Virus record (IMG/VR): IMGVR_UViG_3300034524_000011
Span: 11,938 to 75,937 of that record
Origin: a virus
Length of the DNA: 64,000 nt
Direction: 5' to 3' (one strand)
Shown: positions 36,518 to 46,466 of the stretch, piece by piece
How the letters are laid out: each line of letters starts with the position of its first letter
How positions within the stretch are numbered: position 1 is the first letter of the stretch
Made by a program: the position numbers and the translations under genes
The notes under the pieces: generated by a model
Database searches by the model: none
Told to the model about the DNA's origin: nothing
Seen by the model: only the letters and a program-made list of their open reading frames with translations

Positions 36518-37122
36518 GCAGAAGCCACGCGAACAGAGGACAAGCATTCGAGGATTTCTTAAGGTTTGTTCACCAAAGGTACCAGGCAGACGGAATAGCA
36601 TGCGTCCACAAGGTACCGACGGAGTTTTTACCACTCCGGAACGCCAAAGGTCAGGTCTGTAGTGCGAAGGTCGAGCATAAAAGCTGCGTAGATTACCTGG
36701 GCAGATACAAAGGCATACCGGTGGCCATTGAGGCAAAGCACACGGAAGAGAACCGGATCGCATTCAACCGGGTAGAGCCTCACCAGGCGGAATACCTCGA
36801 CGACTGGCTCAAGGATCCACACGCAATAGCACTCGTCCTGGTGAGTTTCAGCCTTCGCAGATTTTACGCGGTACCATGGGAGTTCTGGAAAGCAGCGCTG
36901 GAGAGCTGGCAGCAGTACAAGGGTAAGGAGAAGAGGACTGTAACCGCATACGGATGGACATGGACCACTCCAGGAATGGCCAGCGTATCGGAAGACCAGC
37001 TCCATCCGGAATGGGAGATAAAGACCGGGGGAAGATCAGGACTTCCATACCTTGAGATTATAGACAAAATGACAGGGGGAGAGGTCAATGCAAACAGAAG
37101 ACAAGGTAGTAAAGTCATTTGA
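36514..37122 (+). CDS. recU: Holliday junction resolvase RecU
   Basis: ANRGQAFE, KVPT, VDYLG, IEAKHT, HQ motifs. Confidence 0.9.
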   Translation: MSRSHANRGQAFEDFLRFVHQRYQADGIACVHKVPTEFLPLRNAKGQVCSAKVEHKSCVDYLGRYKGIPVAIEAKHTEENRIAFNRVEPHQAEYLDDWLKDPHAIALVLVSFSLRRFYAVPWEFWKAALESWQQYKGKEKRTVTAYGWTWTTPGMASVSEDQLHPEWEIKTGGRSGLPYLEIIDKMTGGEVNANRRQGSKVI

Positions 37123-37351
37123 CATGAGCAATCTCATGAAAATAACGAGGCTTCCGCTGATATGCGTTTACAACAGCCCTTCAGACTACCCAGGAAAGTA
37201 TGTAGCAAGGCTCTGGGACGTGGACAAGCCGACCAACATGGTGGCCGTCGCCGAAAGCCTGGAGGAAATCAGAGAAGCAAAACCACCGGAGATGATGATC
37301 ATGGACAGAATGCCAAACGACGATCCGGTGATCGTTGAAACATGGATTTAG
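37088..37351 (+). CDS. Hypothetical protein
   Basis: VYNSPSDYPGKYVARLW...DDPVIVETWI. Confidence 0.7.
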   Translation: MQTEDKVVKSFDMSNLMKITRLPLICVYNSPSDYPGKYVARLWDVDKPTNMVAVAESLEEIREAKPPEMMIMDRMPNDDPVIVETWI

Positions 37352-37369
37352 GAGAGGAGGCCCAACCAC

Positions 37370-37789
37370 ATGAAAGCAATCACATTATGGCAGCCCTGGG
37401 CCCAGCTAATCGTCCAGGGAGACAAGCTGATAGAAACGAGGAGTTATAACACCAACATAAGAGGCCGAGTGGCCATACACGCAGCAAAAAGCGACCACAG
37501 CGGGATATTACTTCACATACCAATGAGAGAGCTCGCATACTTCCAGGAAGCAGGAGTAACCGGCGTGAAAGAGCCGCCAAGGGGAGCAATAGTGGGAACG
37601 GTAGAAATCGTAGACAGCCTGCCAATAGAAGAGCTGATAGGCACCAAATACGACACACCGAAGGAGCGAGCCTTCGGAGATTGGAGTCCAGGACGCTGGG
37701 GATGGATACTTCGAAACCCGGTGCTTTTTGAAAAGCCGATACCGGCCAAAGGCGCCCAAGGTTTCTGGAATTGGAGGACAGACACATGA
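37370..37789 (+). CDS. ASCH domain protein
   Basis: KAITLWQPWAQLIVQGDKLIETR...IHAAK...GAQGFW. Confidence 0.88.
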   Translation: MKAITLWQPWAQLIVQGDKLIETRSYNTNIRGRVAIHAAKSDHSGILLHIPMRELAYFQEAGVTGVKEPPRGAIVGTVEIVDSLPIEELIGTKYDTPKERAFGDWSPGRWGWILRNPVLFEKPIPAKGAQGFWNWRTDT

Positions 37790-37918
37790 TCAGGTATAAG
37801 TGCCCAAGATGCCAAGGAAACCAATATTCCGCGAGCCCAGATAAAGCACACGAGCCGTGCATTTACTGCGGCCACGAAGGAACGGTACCGATGAAAAGCC
37901 TGGAAGAGGAGGGGAACG

Positions 37919-38362
37919 ATGAAAACATACATGAACAGGATCGACCGGGAACACCATGTGATGATCCTGGTCATATGGGATTATTTAAACACATGGCTGG
38001 AGCAGACCAGCTGCCTCACCAAAGAGGAGAGGAAGAGAGTCAAGACAGCGGCTACCCACCTACTCCATACCAGCGACAGCATCGTGAAGAGGCTTGATAC
38101 CGATTATGCCAAAAGACTATTAAGAACCGCGAAAAACACAGAGGTAAGAGTGGTGGATCGAGCAAACGTAATGCTCGGCCGAGAGCCAGACACCGTGAAC
38201 ATAAAAATAGACGACCTATACGACATCGCAAGCTACGCTTTGACAGACTGCAGAGGCTGCAAGAGACCCGACCACAAAAACTGCGATAAATACAAGCTCT
38301 TCATGGATTTGAATATACCCGTAGCCCAGGAACAAACGGACGGCTGCCCTTACGAGAATTGA
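37919..38362 (+). CDS. Hypothetical protein with C-terminal Cys cluster
   Basis: CRGC...C...CPY. Confidence 0.65.
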   Translation: MKTYMNRIDREHHVMILVIWDYLNTWLEQTSCLTKEERKRVKTAATHLLHTSDSIVKRLDTDYAKRLLRTAKNTEVRVVDRANVMLGREPDTVNIKIDDLYDIASYALTDCRGCKRPDHKNCDKYKLFMDLNIPVAQEQTDGCPYEN

Positions 38363-38375
38363 CGGAGGGACGGCC

Positions 38376-38675
38376 ATGAAGATAGAGATTTACTACGAAT
38401 GCCCGATATGCCACCAAAGCTGGGCAACACAGAGCGCAGCAATCGCCTGCAGGAACCAGCACCCGGTCATTGAAAAGAAATGGGCCAACTGCGAGGTTTG
38501 CGGTCAGGGATGGAACATAACATACTGGGGAGAAAAACAAGCAGTAGAGCTCGCCAGGAAGTGCGAACAGGAACACGAGGCCAAAGGTGAGACCGAAGAA
38601 TTAAGCCGAAAAACATTCTTCTTAAGCGGAGGGACAAAAGGCAAATATTACCCACCAAGGAAGGAGAGTAAATGA
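38376..38675 (+). CDS. Hypothetical Zn-finger protein
   Basis: Two CxxC...C..H units. Confidence 0.65.
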   Translation: MKIEIYYECPICHQSWATQSAAIACRNQHPVIEKKWANCEVCGQGWNITYWGEKQAVELARKCEQEHEAKGETEELSRKTFFLSGGTKGKYYPPRKESK

Positions 38676-39337
38676 ATGGGACCGATTGTAAACCAAGGAT
38701 CATCGAATGCAGCAGGTGCGGCTGCGAATGGAATGTAAGCAGCCAGGCACACATACCGGAAACTGGTTATATTTGCCCGCACTGCACGAGCAGAGAGCGA
38801 GAAAATAACGCCTTTCAGGAGGATAAGCATATGGCAAATAGATCACTGCTTCACAGAAGCAAGATAGAGGATTTCAAGAGCTGGCTTCAGGAAGACGGCT
38901 GGCAGATAGAACAGCCCAAAGGAATATACGAGGTCGTAAGGGCCACAAAGGGCACCAGGAAGCCATTAATAGTTTACACGAGGGATAACAAAGGCAATGA
39001 GCATATAACCGTTCAGGACCGCGATGTGCCGGTCGTAAGGGCATACATAAGGGACAGGAGAAGAGAAGCCAGGGCAAAGGCCAACGGGATCCAGAAAGTA
39101 ACCAAAGAAGAAATGCTGAAGATAATCGACACCAGGGAGCCACTCGGAAAGTTTTACAGGATAGAAGGTAAGACCATCATCGCAGTGGATAATTCCACAG
39201 GAGACGCCTGGACCGAGGAATTCAAAGACTTTGAAATTTTCCTTCTGTGGATAACCACACAGCTGACCGTAGAGGATGCGGTAGAAAAAACAAGGAGGAG
39301 GAATAAGCATGCAAAATGTGTCAGCATTAGAAATTAA
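38672..39337 (+). CDS. Hypothetical multi-module protein
   Basis: N-terminal CxxC-CxxC. Confidence 0.65.
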   Translation: MNGTDCKPRIIECSRCGCEWNVSSQAHIPETGYICPHCTSRERENNAFQEDKHMANRSLLHRSKIEDFKSWLQEDGWQIEQPKGIYEVVRATKGTRKPLIVYTRDNKGNEHITVQDRDVPVVRAYIRDRRREARAKANGIQKVTKEEMLKIIDTREPLGKFYRIEGKTIIAVDNSTGDAWTEEFKDFEIFLLWITTQLTVEDAVEKTRRRNKHAKCVSIRN

Positions 39338-39367
39338 AGAAAACATATCAAGAGGAGGAGACAGTGT

Positions 39368-39895
39368 ATGAACGAGCTTAAAAAATGCGAAAGGTGCAGA
39401 AACAGCAGGTTTATATACCTGGAGAGAAAATGCAAATTTGAAATGCCGCAATTTCCAATAGAGGACGAGGGAGAATGTGAGCATTATGACAGCTGGTTTA
39501 TCGAGTACCCGCTAACAATCGACGGAATAGACAATTGCTTTAACAAAGAAAGAGTAAGGAGCTTATACGATTGCGGAAAACTCGTCAGGATTTCACCATG
39601 CGGAGAAGAGTATAAAGGCAAAACATACCTCGGGATATTGCTTGGCGATCTTCCGATCGGTGCACACATTTCTTTTAACAGAGAGAGCAAGATACTGAAG
39701 GTTTCACCTCATACGAACCCTGGAATATTTGTACCAGAGCTAAAAAAGATCATTTATGGATGTGAAAGCTGGTGGGGAGAGATCGAAAACCCAGAAGACC
39801 TGAAAGACATAACCAGTGAGGATATAGAAAACACCTGGTATGTTCAACTTCTCAAGAGTATGGCCGGAATGGAGGCGACCAAAGATGATGAATAA
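39368..39895 (+). CDS. Hypothetical protein
   Basis: RBS; KTYLGILLG...IIYGCESWW. Confidence 0.7.
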   Translation: MNELKKCERCRNSRFIYLERKCKFEMPQFPIEDEGECEHYDSWFIEYPLTIDGIDNCFNKERVRSLYDCGKLVRISPCGEEYKGKTYLGILLGDLPIGAHISFNRESKILKVSPHTNPGIFVPELKKIIYGCESWWGEIENPEDLKDITSEDIENTWYVQLLKSMAGMEATKDDE

Positions 39896-40874
39896 GAGCA
39901 AGATAGAATGGTGTGATTTCACCTGGAACCCGGTCACAGGCTGCCGGCACGGCTGCCCATACTGCTACGCAGCAAAGCAGGCAAGACGCTTTTCCGGAGA
40001 TGTAAGGCTGAATAAGAGTTCAGACCAGCTGAAAAGAGACGAGAATGGTCTGTATATCCTGGACAAGCCATTTAAAAACCAGGTAGGCAAGGTTATACCG
40101 GACCCGGTGGGATTTGAGCCGATAATGCACAAATACCGCCTGCCAATGCCGGCACAAAAGAAGAAACCGGCCAAGATTTTTGTAGTATCCATGGGAGATT
40201 TATTCGGATCCTGGATACCGGACAGCTGGATCGAGGAAGTATTCAGGGCCTGTGATGCAGCACCATGGCACACCTACATGTTTTTAACAAAGAACCCACG
40301 CAGGTATGTGGAGCTGGCCGAAAAAGGCATACTCCGGACCGGCGACAACTTCTGGTACGGCAGCACAGCGACCACACCGGAAACGGAATTCTTCTGGGAC
40401 GAAAAACTAAACACATTTGTAAGCATTGAACCAATTCACGCACCATTCCCGGACGTCATACGCCCGGATAACGGCCTTCAAAAGGTGAAATGGGTAATCA
40501 TCGGAGCAGAGACAGGAAACCAAAAAGAAAAGGTGGTACCGGAGAAAAGCTGGATCAGGGACATAGTCAAGGCCTGCTGGGTAGCAAAGATACCGGTATT
40601 CCTGAAGGATAACTTAAAGGAGGTGTGGGGAGAGGACCTCATCCAGGAGTGGCCGGCAGGAATGCCGATGGACAAAGGAAACGACGTGCCGCAATGCAAA
40701 GAATGCGAGCATTGCGAAATAACACCTGAAGGTAAGAGAGGGAACCGGCACTACTGCAGGAAGGAAGACCGGCACGTTTTAGGAAGATATGCAAGGACCA
40801 GCCCACCATGGTGCCCACTTCGTAGAGAGGAGGAAGCAGCAGATGAAATCACGGATGAAGAAACTGATTTATAA
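39885..40874 (+). CDS. Gp37/Gp68 family (DUF5131) radical-SAM-like protein
   Basis: KIEWCDFTWNPVTGCRHGCPYCYA, SMGDLF, LTKNP, WVIIGAETG. Confidence 0.88.
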   Translation: MMNKSKIEWCDFTWNPVTGCRHGCPYCYAAKQARRFSGDVRLNKSSDQLKRDENGLYILDKPFKNQVGKVIPDPVGFEPIMHKYRLPMPAQKKKPAKIFVVSMGDLFGSWIPDSWIEEVFRACDAAPWHTYMFLTKNPRRYVELAEKGILRTGDNFWYGSTATTPETEFFWDEKLNTFVSIEPIHAPFPDVIRPDNGLQKVKWVIIGAETGNQKEKVVPEKSWIRDIVKACWVAKIPVFLKDNLKEVWGEDLIQEWPAGMPMDKGNDVPQCKECEHCEITPEGKRGNRHYCRKEDRHVLGRYARTSPPWCPLRREEEAADEITDEETDL

Positions 40875-41136
40875 CGCCAAGCGCTTTATTCACTCGCTCA
40901 AAGTGAGATGGAGGATCCGGAAGACACCGAAATTCATGCGCAAGTTTGCTTTCTGGTGGCACATGGCGGCCTATGACACAGCCCAGGTACTAAAGGGAGT
41001 CAGGCCAATGGCCAAAGATACACTGGACAGCATGGCAGACCTTGTCGGGACAGAAAGGCAAGAGGGAGAAACAGACGAGGAGCTGCGAAAGCGAATAATC
41101 GAAATCGTTAAAAAGAAAGGAGGAATGGCCCGATGA
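40843..41136 (+). CDS. Hypothetical protein
   Basis: RBS present. Confidence 0.6.
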   Translation: MKSRMKKLIYNAKRFIHSLKVRWRIRKTPKFMRKFAFWWHMAAYDTAQVLKGVRPMAKDTLDSMADLVGTERQEGETDEELRKRIIEIVKKKGGMAR

Positions 41137-41612
41137 TGATTGAGTTTTGTGGAAACTGCAAGGTCGGTGCAGAGACCAAGGACATATATCCAGGAACATG
41201 CCCTTATTACAAGAAAGCATCGGGCAGGCACTGTGCAAACCACAGGCCACTCCCATACAGGCCCAATGACGGCCGCATGGTTTACATCGCCAGCGCAATG
41301 AGAGGAGATATAGAAGGTAACCTCAAAAAGGCAGCAGCATACTGCCAGGCAGCTGCAGAATCCGGAGCGATACCGATAGCACCGCACCTTTATTTTTCAT
41401 CCTACCTGGACGACAGGATCCCAGAGGAAAGAGCCGCCGGCATGGAGATGGGACTGCAGATCCTGAAGAGATGTGACGAGCTCTGGGTATTCGGGCCACC
41501 AACGGAAGGTATGAAGGCGGAAATAAGGCTGGCCGAAAGCCTGAAAATTCCGATCCTTTACATACCGGAAGAGACAATAAATAAGATTTTAGAGAGGAGA
41601 TGTATCGCGTGA
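41133..41612 (+). CDS. DUF4406-like (nucleoside deoxyribosyltransferase-like fold) protein
   Basis: VYIAS..RG, PIAPHL, CDELWVFG..TEGM..EI. Confidence 0.75.
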   Translation: MMIEFCGNCKVGAETKDIYPGTCPYYKKASGRHCANHRPLPYRPNDGRMVYIASAMRGDIEGNLKKAAAYCQAAAESGAIPIAPHLYFSSYLDDRIPEERAAGMEMGLQILKRCDELWVFGPPTEGMKAEIRLAESLKIPILYIPEETINKILERRCIA

Positions 41613-42022
41613 ACAAAGCAATATTCACAGGACGCCTGGGCAGCGACCCAGAGCTCCGCTACACAACCACCGGAATACCGGTATGTACTTTTAACCTGGC
41701 AGTGGACAGGCCCAAGCCAAAGGACGGAGAAGGAGGAACCGACTGGCCAACCATAGTGGCCTGGAGACATAAGGCCGAATTTGCAGCAAAGTATCTGACC
41801 AAGGGGCGCAAGATCCTTGTCGTGGCCACAGTGAGGACCAGGGTAACAGAGGACAGCAACGGCAAAAAGCGCAAAATTACAGAGTTCTGGGCCGAGGAAA
41901 TAGAGTTCTGTGACAGCAAGCCACAAAACAGCGCGGCAGCGAGCGGATACCAGGAAGACGACAGAGATTATTATACGGACGGTTTCACGCCAGTAGAAGA
42001 TGATGGCGATTTTCCGTTTTAG
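41609..42022 (+). CDS. ssb: Single-stranded DNA-binding protein
   Basis: NKAIFTGRLGSDPELRYT; acidic tail ending DDGDFPF. Confidence 0.93.
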   Translation: MNKAIFTGRLGSDPELRYTTTGIPVCTFNLAVDRPKPKDGEGGTDWPTIVAWRHKAEFAAKYLTKGRKILVVATVRTRVTEDSNGKKRKITEFWAEEIEFCDSKPQNSAAASGYQEDDRDYYTDGFTPVEDDGDFPF

Positions 42023-42037
42023 AGAGGAGGGATAAGG

Positions 42038-42643
42038 ATGGCGATGAACAGCAAGGAGTCAATGGGCATAGCAGGCATGAGCTTTGCCTGCTTAAGCACA
42101 AGAGTATTAGAAATAGCTCTTCAAAAAGGGATAGAGGCAGGAACCAAGGCAGCAATGGAATACTTAATCGAGGAAAAGAAGGCGCAGAGGAAAGGGAGGT
42201 ATGACCGACGACTACGAAATACCCGTCTGCTGCTTAAGAATTACAGGGCATTAAAACAACATGTCCAAGGCGCCGTGTTCAACGCCAAGCAGGCAAAGGA
42301 AAGCGCAATAGACATATTAGATGGTTTGGACGAGTTCAGCTTCGATGATAACCTATACATCGAAAGCATAAAGAGGAGCCAGCAGAGGACATTCATCATC
42401 CTACAACACATAGACGAGATGTTGAAATATTTCAGGATAGCCTGCGAGCAATCAGGCAGGGAGGAAGAGATGAGATGGTATAGGATCATCATGAAGACCT
42501 ACATAGACGAGGAAAGGAAAACAGCTGAACAAATTGCAGAGGAAGAACACATAGAAAGGCGCACAGTTTATAAGAATATCAATGCAGCAATAAAACCTCT
42601 CTCTGCCCTGATTTTTGGCATTGACAGCCTCAAACTTTACTAA
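42038..42643 (+). CDS. Late transcriptional regulator (ArpU/RinA-like, C-terminal HTH)
   Basis: RNTRLLLKNYR; EQIAEEEHIERRTVYK; last gene before the late operon. Confidence 0.75.
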   Translation: MAMNSKESMGIAGMSFACLSTRVLEIALQKGIEAGTKAAMEYLIEEKKAQRKGRYDRRLRNTRLLLKNYRALKQHVQGAVFNAKQAKESAIDILDGLDEFSFDDNLYIESIKRSQQRTFIILQHIDEMLKYFRIACEQSGREEEMRWYRIIMKTYIDEERKTAEQIAEEEHIERRTVYKNINAAIKPLSALIFGIDSLKLY

Positions 42644-42740
42644 AAAGTATGGTGCAAGAACCATGCCAGCACAGGGCACAAATTGGGCACTGTAAAGGCA
42701 CTTTAAATATTATAAAATGATAGCGTGGAGGAGTGGAAAT

Positions 42741-44372
42741 ATGGCCAAGAAAAAGGCGACAAATACCTTCATCGAGATTGACTACTCAACCGAGGCAACA
42801 CCGAGGGCAGTAACACCGGACGGCATTCCGGTTTTCTGTGCTCATGATGATATTATTCCGATTGAGAAGGCAATCCCGAACCCCAAGAACCCGAACCAGC
42901 ACAGCCAAGCTCAAATAGAGCTGCTGGGGAACATCATCAAAGCAAACGGATGGAGAGTAGCGGTCACCATTTCAAAGAGGAGCGGCTTCATTGTCAAAGG
43001 ACATGGCCGACGCCTGGCCGCGCTGCATATCAAGAGCGGATATATCCCGGTAGATTACCAGGACTACGCCAGCGAGGCCGAGGAATGGGCGGACCTTATA
43101 GCAGACAACAGGCTGGCAGAGCTCTCAACCATCGACACAGGAATGCTGGTCGATTTAATCAACGATATGGACACCGGAGAGGTACCGGTGGAGCTGACCG
43201 GTTACACCGAGGAGGACCTGGCGGCCATCATAGCAGCTCTGGAAGGAGCAGACGACACGGTGGACGACAAGGTCGACGATGTACCGGAGACACAAAACAT
43301 ACCAATGACCAAGGCCGGAGATATCTGGTTCCTTGGACCACATAAACTGATATGCGGCAGCGCAACGGACCGAGAGACCATCGAAAAGCTGATGGCCGGA
43401 GAAAAGGGCCAGATGGTCAACACGGACCCGCCATACGGAGTAAGCTATGAGACCCAGAGCGGCAAGTTTGACATGATCAAGAACGACGACCTCACTGGCG
43501 ACGATTTAATGGCCGACCTTTTGATACCGGCATTCAAGAACTATGTAGAGTTCACGGATCCGGACGCAGCCTTTTATATCTGGCACGCAAGCAGCACCAG
43601 GCGAGACTTTGAGGACGCCATGACAGCTGCAGGCCTTATCGAAAAGCAGTACATCATCTGGGTAAAGAACGCACCGGTCCTGGGCCATGCAGACTACCAA
43701 TGGGCGCATGAACCGTGCTTCTATGCAGAGAAGGCAGGCCAGAGCGCTCACTTCTATGGAGATCGATCGCAAAGGACCACCTGGAAGGTAGTCCTCCGGG
43801 ACAGCAACCACATGGCAACGGTCCTCACAGGAGGCGTCGTATTGACCGACGGTGCCGGAGGGAAGGTATTCATCAACGATAAGCCTCCAAAGGGCAAGAA
43901 GATCAGGTATATACGCTTAAGCGAAGGCAAGAGCGTCTGCCTGTATCCGGAGAGCAAAGTGTCGACCGTCTGGGAAGTAGCCAGAGAAACCGGCACAGAG
44001 CACCCGACACAAAAGCCGGTAGAGCTCGCAATCAGAGCCATAGACAACAGCAGCAAGCCAGGAGACCTGGTACTTGATTTCTTCGGAGGCTCCGGGAGCA
44101 CGCTCATAGGAGCCGAAATGACCGGCAGGCGATGCAACATGGTGGAACTGGACCCGAGATACTGCGATGTAATCATTAACCGGTATGTGCGCTTCACAGG
44201 AAATATCGGAGTGACCTGCCTGCGAGACGGCCAGGAGCTGACATACATGCAGCTGAAGCAGGAAAACGACAAGCTCAATGGCCTTGCGGGGGGGTACAGA
44301 ATATTGATATTTAAAGTAAGATGCGCATTCACCCGATTAATCCGCACAATAAACAAAATATTCAGGAGATAA
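42741..44372 (+). CDS. ParB-like N-domain fused to N6A/N4C DNA methyltransferase
   Basis: NPNQH...GHGRR...ADNR; TDPPYG; HPTQKP; DFFGGSGST. Confidence 0.92.
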   Translation: MAKKKATNTFIEIDYSTEATPRAVTPDGIPVFCAHDDIIPIEKAIPNPKNPNQHSQAQIELLGNIIKANGWRVAVTISKRSGFIVKGHGRRLAALHIKSGYIPVDYQDYASEAEEWADLIADNRLAELSTIDTGMLVDLINDMDTGEVPVELTGYTEEDLAAIIAALEGADDTVDDKVDDVPETQNIPMTKAGDIWFLGPHKLICGSATDRETIEKLMAGEKGQMVNTDPPYGVSYETQSGKFDMIKNDDLTGDDLMADLLIPAFKNYVEFTDPDAAFYIWHASSTRRDFEDAMTAAGLIEKQYIIWVKNAPVLGHADYQWAHEPCFYAEKAGQSAHFYGDRSQRTTWKVVLRDSNHMATVLTGGVVLTDGAGGKVFINDKPPKGKKIRYIRLSEGKSVCLYPESKVSTVWEVARETGTEHPTQKPVELAIRAIDNSSKPGDLVLDFFGGSGSTLIGAEMTGRRCNMVELDPRYCDVIINRYVRFTGNIGVTCLRDGQELTYMQLKQENDKLNGLAGGYRILIFKVRCAFTRLIRTINKIFRR

Positions 44373-44426
44373 CGGCAGGTCGCAACAAGGGCCTGCCTTT
44401 TAATATTCAGGAAAGGAGGTAGCAGC

Positions 44427-45011
44427 ATGGGGAAGCGCAAGGAAAATGTCTATCCGTGGGAACGGATCCCAGGGGAGACTTCCAGGGAATATCAGAAGTT
44501 CTGTGCATACCGGGACATGAACTCATCGGATAAACCAATCCGGAAACGCAGCCTTCAAAGGCTGGCCAAGGAGCTGGGACTTTCACTGGACCACCTAAAG
44601 AAGTTAAGCGCGAAAAACAACTGGGTAGAACGAGCGGCCGCATATGACGCCTACCTGGAAGAGCTGGCCAGAGAGCAGAACGAGGCAGAGATCCTCAAAA
44701 TGCGAAAGAACCATGCATTGCTGGCCTCTCAAATGATCACCAAGGCAGCCAAAAGGCTGCTGACCATGCCGGAAGAGGAGATAACCGCAGCCGACCTCGT
44801 GCGCCTGGTCGATGTCGGAGTGAAAATCGAAAGATTGAGCCGCGGCGAATCCACCGAAAACAGACAGATAAGCGGAGAAGCAAAGGTCATTCACCAGGGA
44901 GAAGTCACGGTTAAAAATCAGATGAACCTGGATCTTTCCCGCTTAACTGACGAGGAGCTGTCGGAGCTTGAACAGCTACTGGAAAAACTACATTCAGAGC
45001 CCGATGTTTGA
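44427..45011 (+). CDS. terS: Terminase small subunit
   Basis: PWERIPGE...WVERAAAYD; directly upstream of TerL. Confidence 0.75.
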   Translation: MGKRKENVYPWERIPGETSREYQKFCAYRDMNSSDKPIRKRSLQRLAKELGLSLDHLKKLSAKNNWVERAAAYDAYLEELAREQNEAEILKMRKNHALLASQMITKAAKRLLTMPEEEITAADLVRLVDVGVKIERLSRGESTENRQISGEAKVIHQGEVTVKNQMNLDLSRLTDEELSELEQLLEKLHSEPDV

Positions 45012-46461
45012 TGTTAACGCTCTGCGGGAAGCGATCCTGAAGGAAAAGGCGGAGCGCAACCTTTCAGAGTTCATCAAACAAGCGTGGCATGTTATCGAAC
45101 CAGGCACACCGTATGTAGAGAACTGGCACATCGATTTAATAAGCGAGTATCTCCAGGCGGTGGATAACAGCGAGATATTGAGGCTTATAATCAACATCCC
45201 GCCACGGCACATGAAGTCCATACAAACAACAGTGTGCTACCCGGCCTGGTCATGGATCAAGAAACCGACAAAGCGCTTCATAAAGGTTTCGTACAGTGAC
45301 AGCTTATCCAGGAAGCACAACGTACTCTGCAGAGATATCATCAGGAGCCCATGGTACCAGAAAAACTGGGGAGACCGGTTCAAAATCAAGGACGACGTCG
45401 ACAGGCAGGACGAGTTCAAGAACGACCACCACGGAATGATGTTCTCGACCAGCGTCGGCGGCCGATTAACCGGTGAAGGTGGAGATGTAATCATCGTGGA
45501 CGACCCGCAGAACCCTCTCATGGCAAACAGCGCTACAGAGAGAGAAGCGTCAATAGCTTTCTTTAAGAACACGCTGCAGACCCGTCTGAATGACCCGAAA
45601 AAAGGCGCAATAATCGTAATCATGCAGAGGCTGCACGAGAACGACCTGACCGGTTACATCCTTTCAGAGCAGCTGGGATACGAGCATGTATGTCTGCCGG
45701 CAGAGGCTCCGGAGCGGACAGTTATTCATTTCCCGATAAGCGGCCGGGAGATCATCCGGGAGGAAGGAGACCTTCTCAATCCAGGACGATTTGACAAAGA
45801 GGCCCTGGAAGGCCTCAAAAAGTCCATGGGAAGCGCTCAATACGCCGGCCAATTCCAGCAGACACCGGCGCCGGCTGAAGGTCTTATCTTCAAGAGAGAA
45901 TGGCTGGGGAATTTCTTCAAAACCGCACCACACCAGAACATGCTCATTCAATCCTGGGATATGCCGTTCACCAAAAGTGAAGGCAGCGCCAAATGTGCCG
46001 GCATAGTCATGGGGAGAAATGGAGCCAATATTTACATTCATGACCTGGTGAACGACAAAATGACATTCACCGAGAGCGCGGCCGCGGTTCGAACACTAAC
46101 CGGCAAGTGGCCAAAGGCCAGAGCGAAGGTTATAGAGAACAAGGCCAACGGTCCGGCCATTGTCGACTACCTAAAAAAAGAGATCCCAGGAATGGTAGAG
46201 TTCAACCCAAAGGGAAGCAAGGAAGAGCGTGCCATCAGTGTGACACCTTACTTTGAAGCAGGTAACATCTGGTTCCCGGATCCGGAAACGCACCCATGGG
46301 TGCATGACCTAATCAACGACCTTTTGATATTCCCAAAGGGGACATACAAGGACACCGTCGACGCCCTGGTGCAAGGGATTTTATACCTCATGGATAAACC
46401 ATCTATGACAGGCCCACCAAAGACCAGTACGCTCACCAAGAGCAGCTACTGGCGGCGATAA
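44968..46461 (+). CDS. terL: Terminase large subunit (start uncertain, 44968 or 45004)
   Basis: NIPPRHMKS, IIVDDP, QSWD, IENKANG, DTVDA. Confidence 0.92.
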   Translation: MNSYWKNYIQSPMFDVNALREAILKEKAERNLSEFIKQAWHVIEPGTPYVENWHIDLISEYLQAVDNSEILRLIINIPPRHMKSIQTTVCYPAWSWIKKPTKRFIKVSYSDSLSRKHNVLCRDIIRSPWYQKNWGDRFKIKDDVDRQDEFKNDHHGMMFSTSVGGRLTGEGGDVIIVDDPQNPLMANSATEREASIAFFKNTLQTRLNDPKKGAIIVIMQRLHENDLTGYILSEQLGYEHVCLPAEAPERTVIHFPISGREIIREEGDLLNPGRFDKEALEGLKKSMGSAQYAGQFQQTPAPAEGLIFKREWLGNFFKTAPHQNMLIQSWDMPFTKSEGSAKCAGIVMGRNGANIYIHDLVNDKMTFTESAAAVRTLTGKWPKARAKVIENKANGPAIVDYLKKEIPGMVEFNPKGSKEERAISVTPYFEAGNIWFPDPETHPWVHDLINDLLIFPKGTYKDTVDALVQGILYLMDKPSMTGPPKTSTLTKSSYWRR

Positions 46462-46466
46462 CAAAA

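Noticed and set aside
44288-44294. G7 tract in the methyltransferase as a phase-variation switch
   Set aside because: Short and downstream of all catalytic motifs; slippage would alter only the last ~25 aa.
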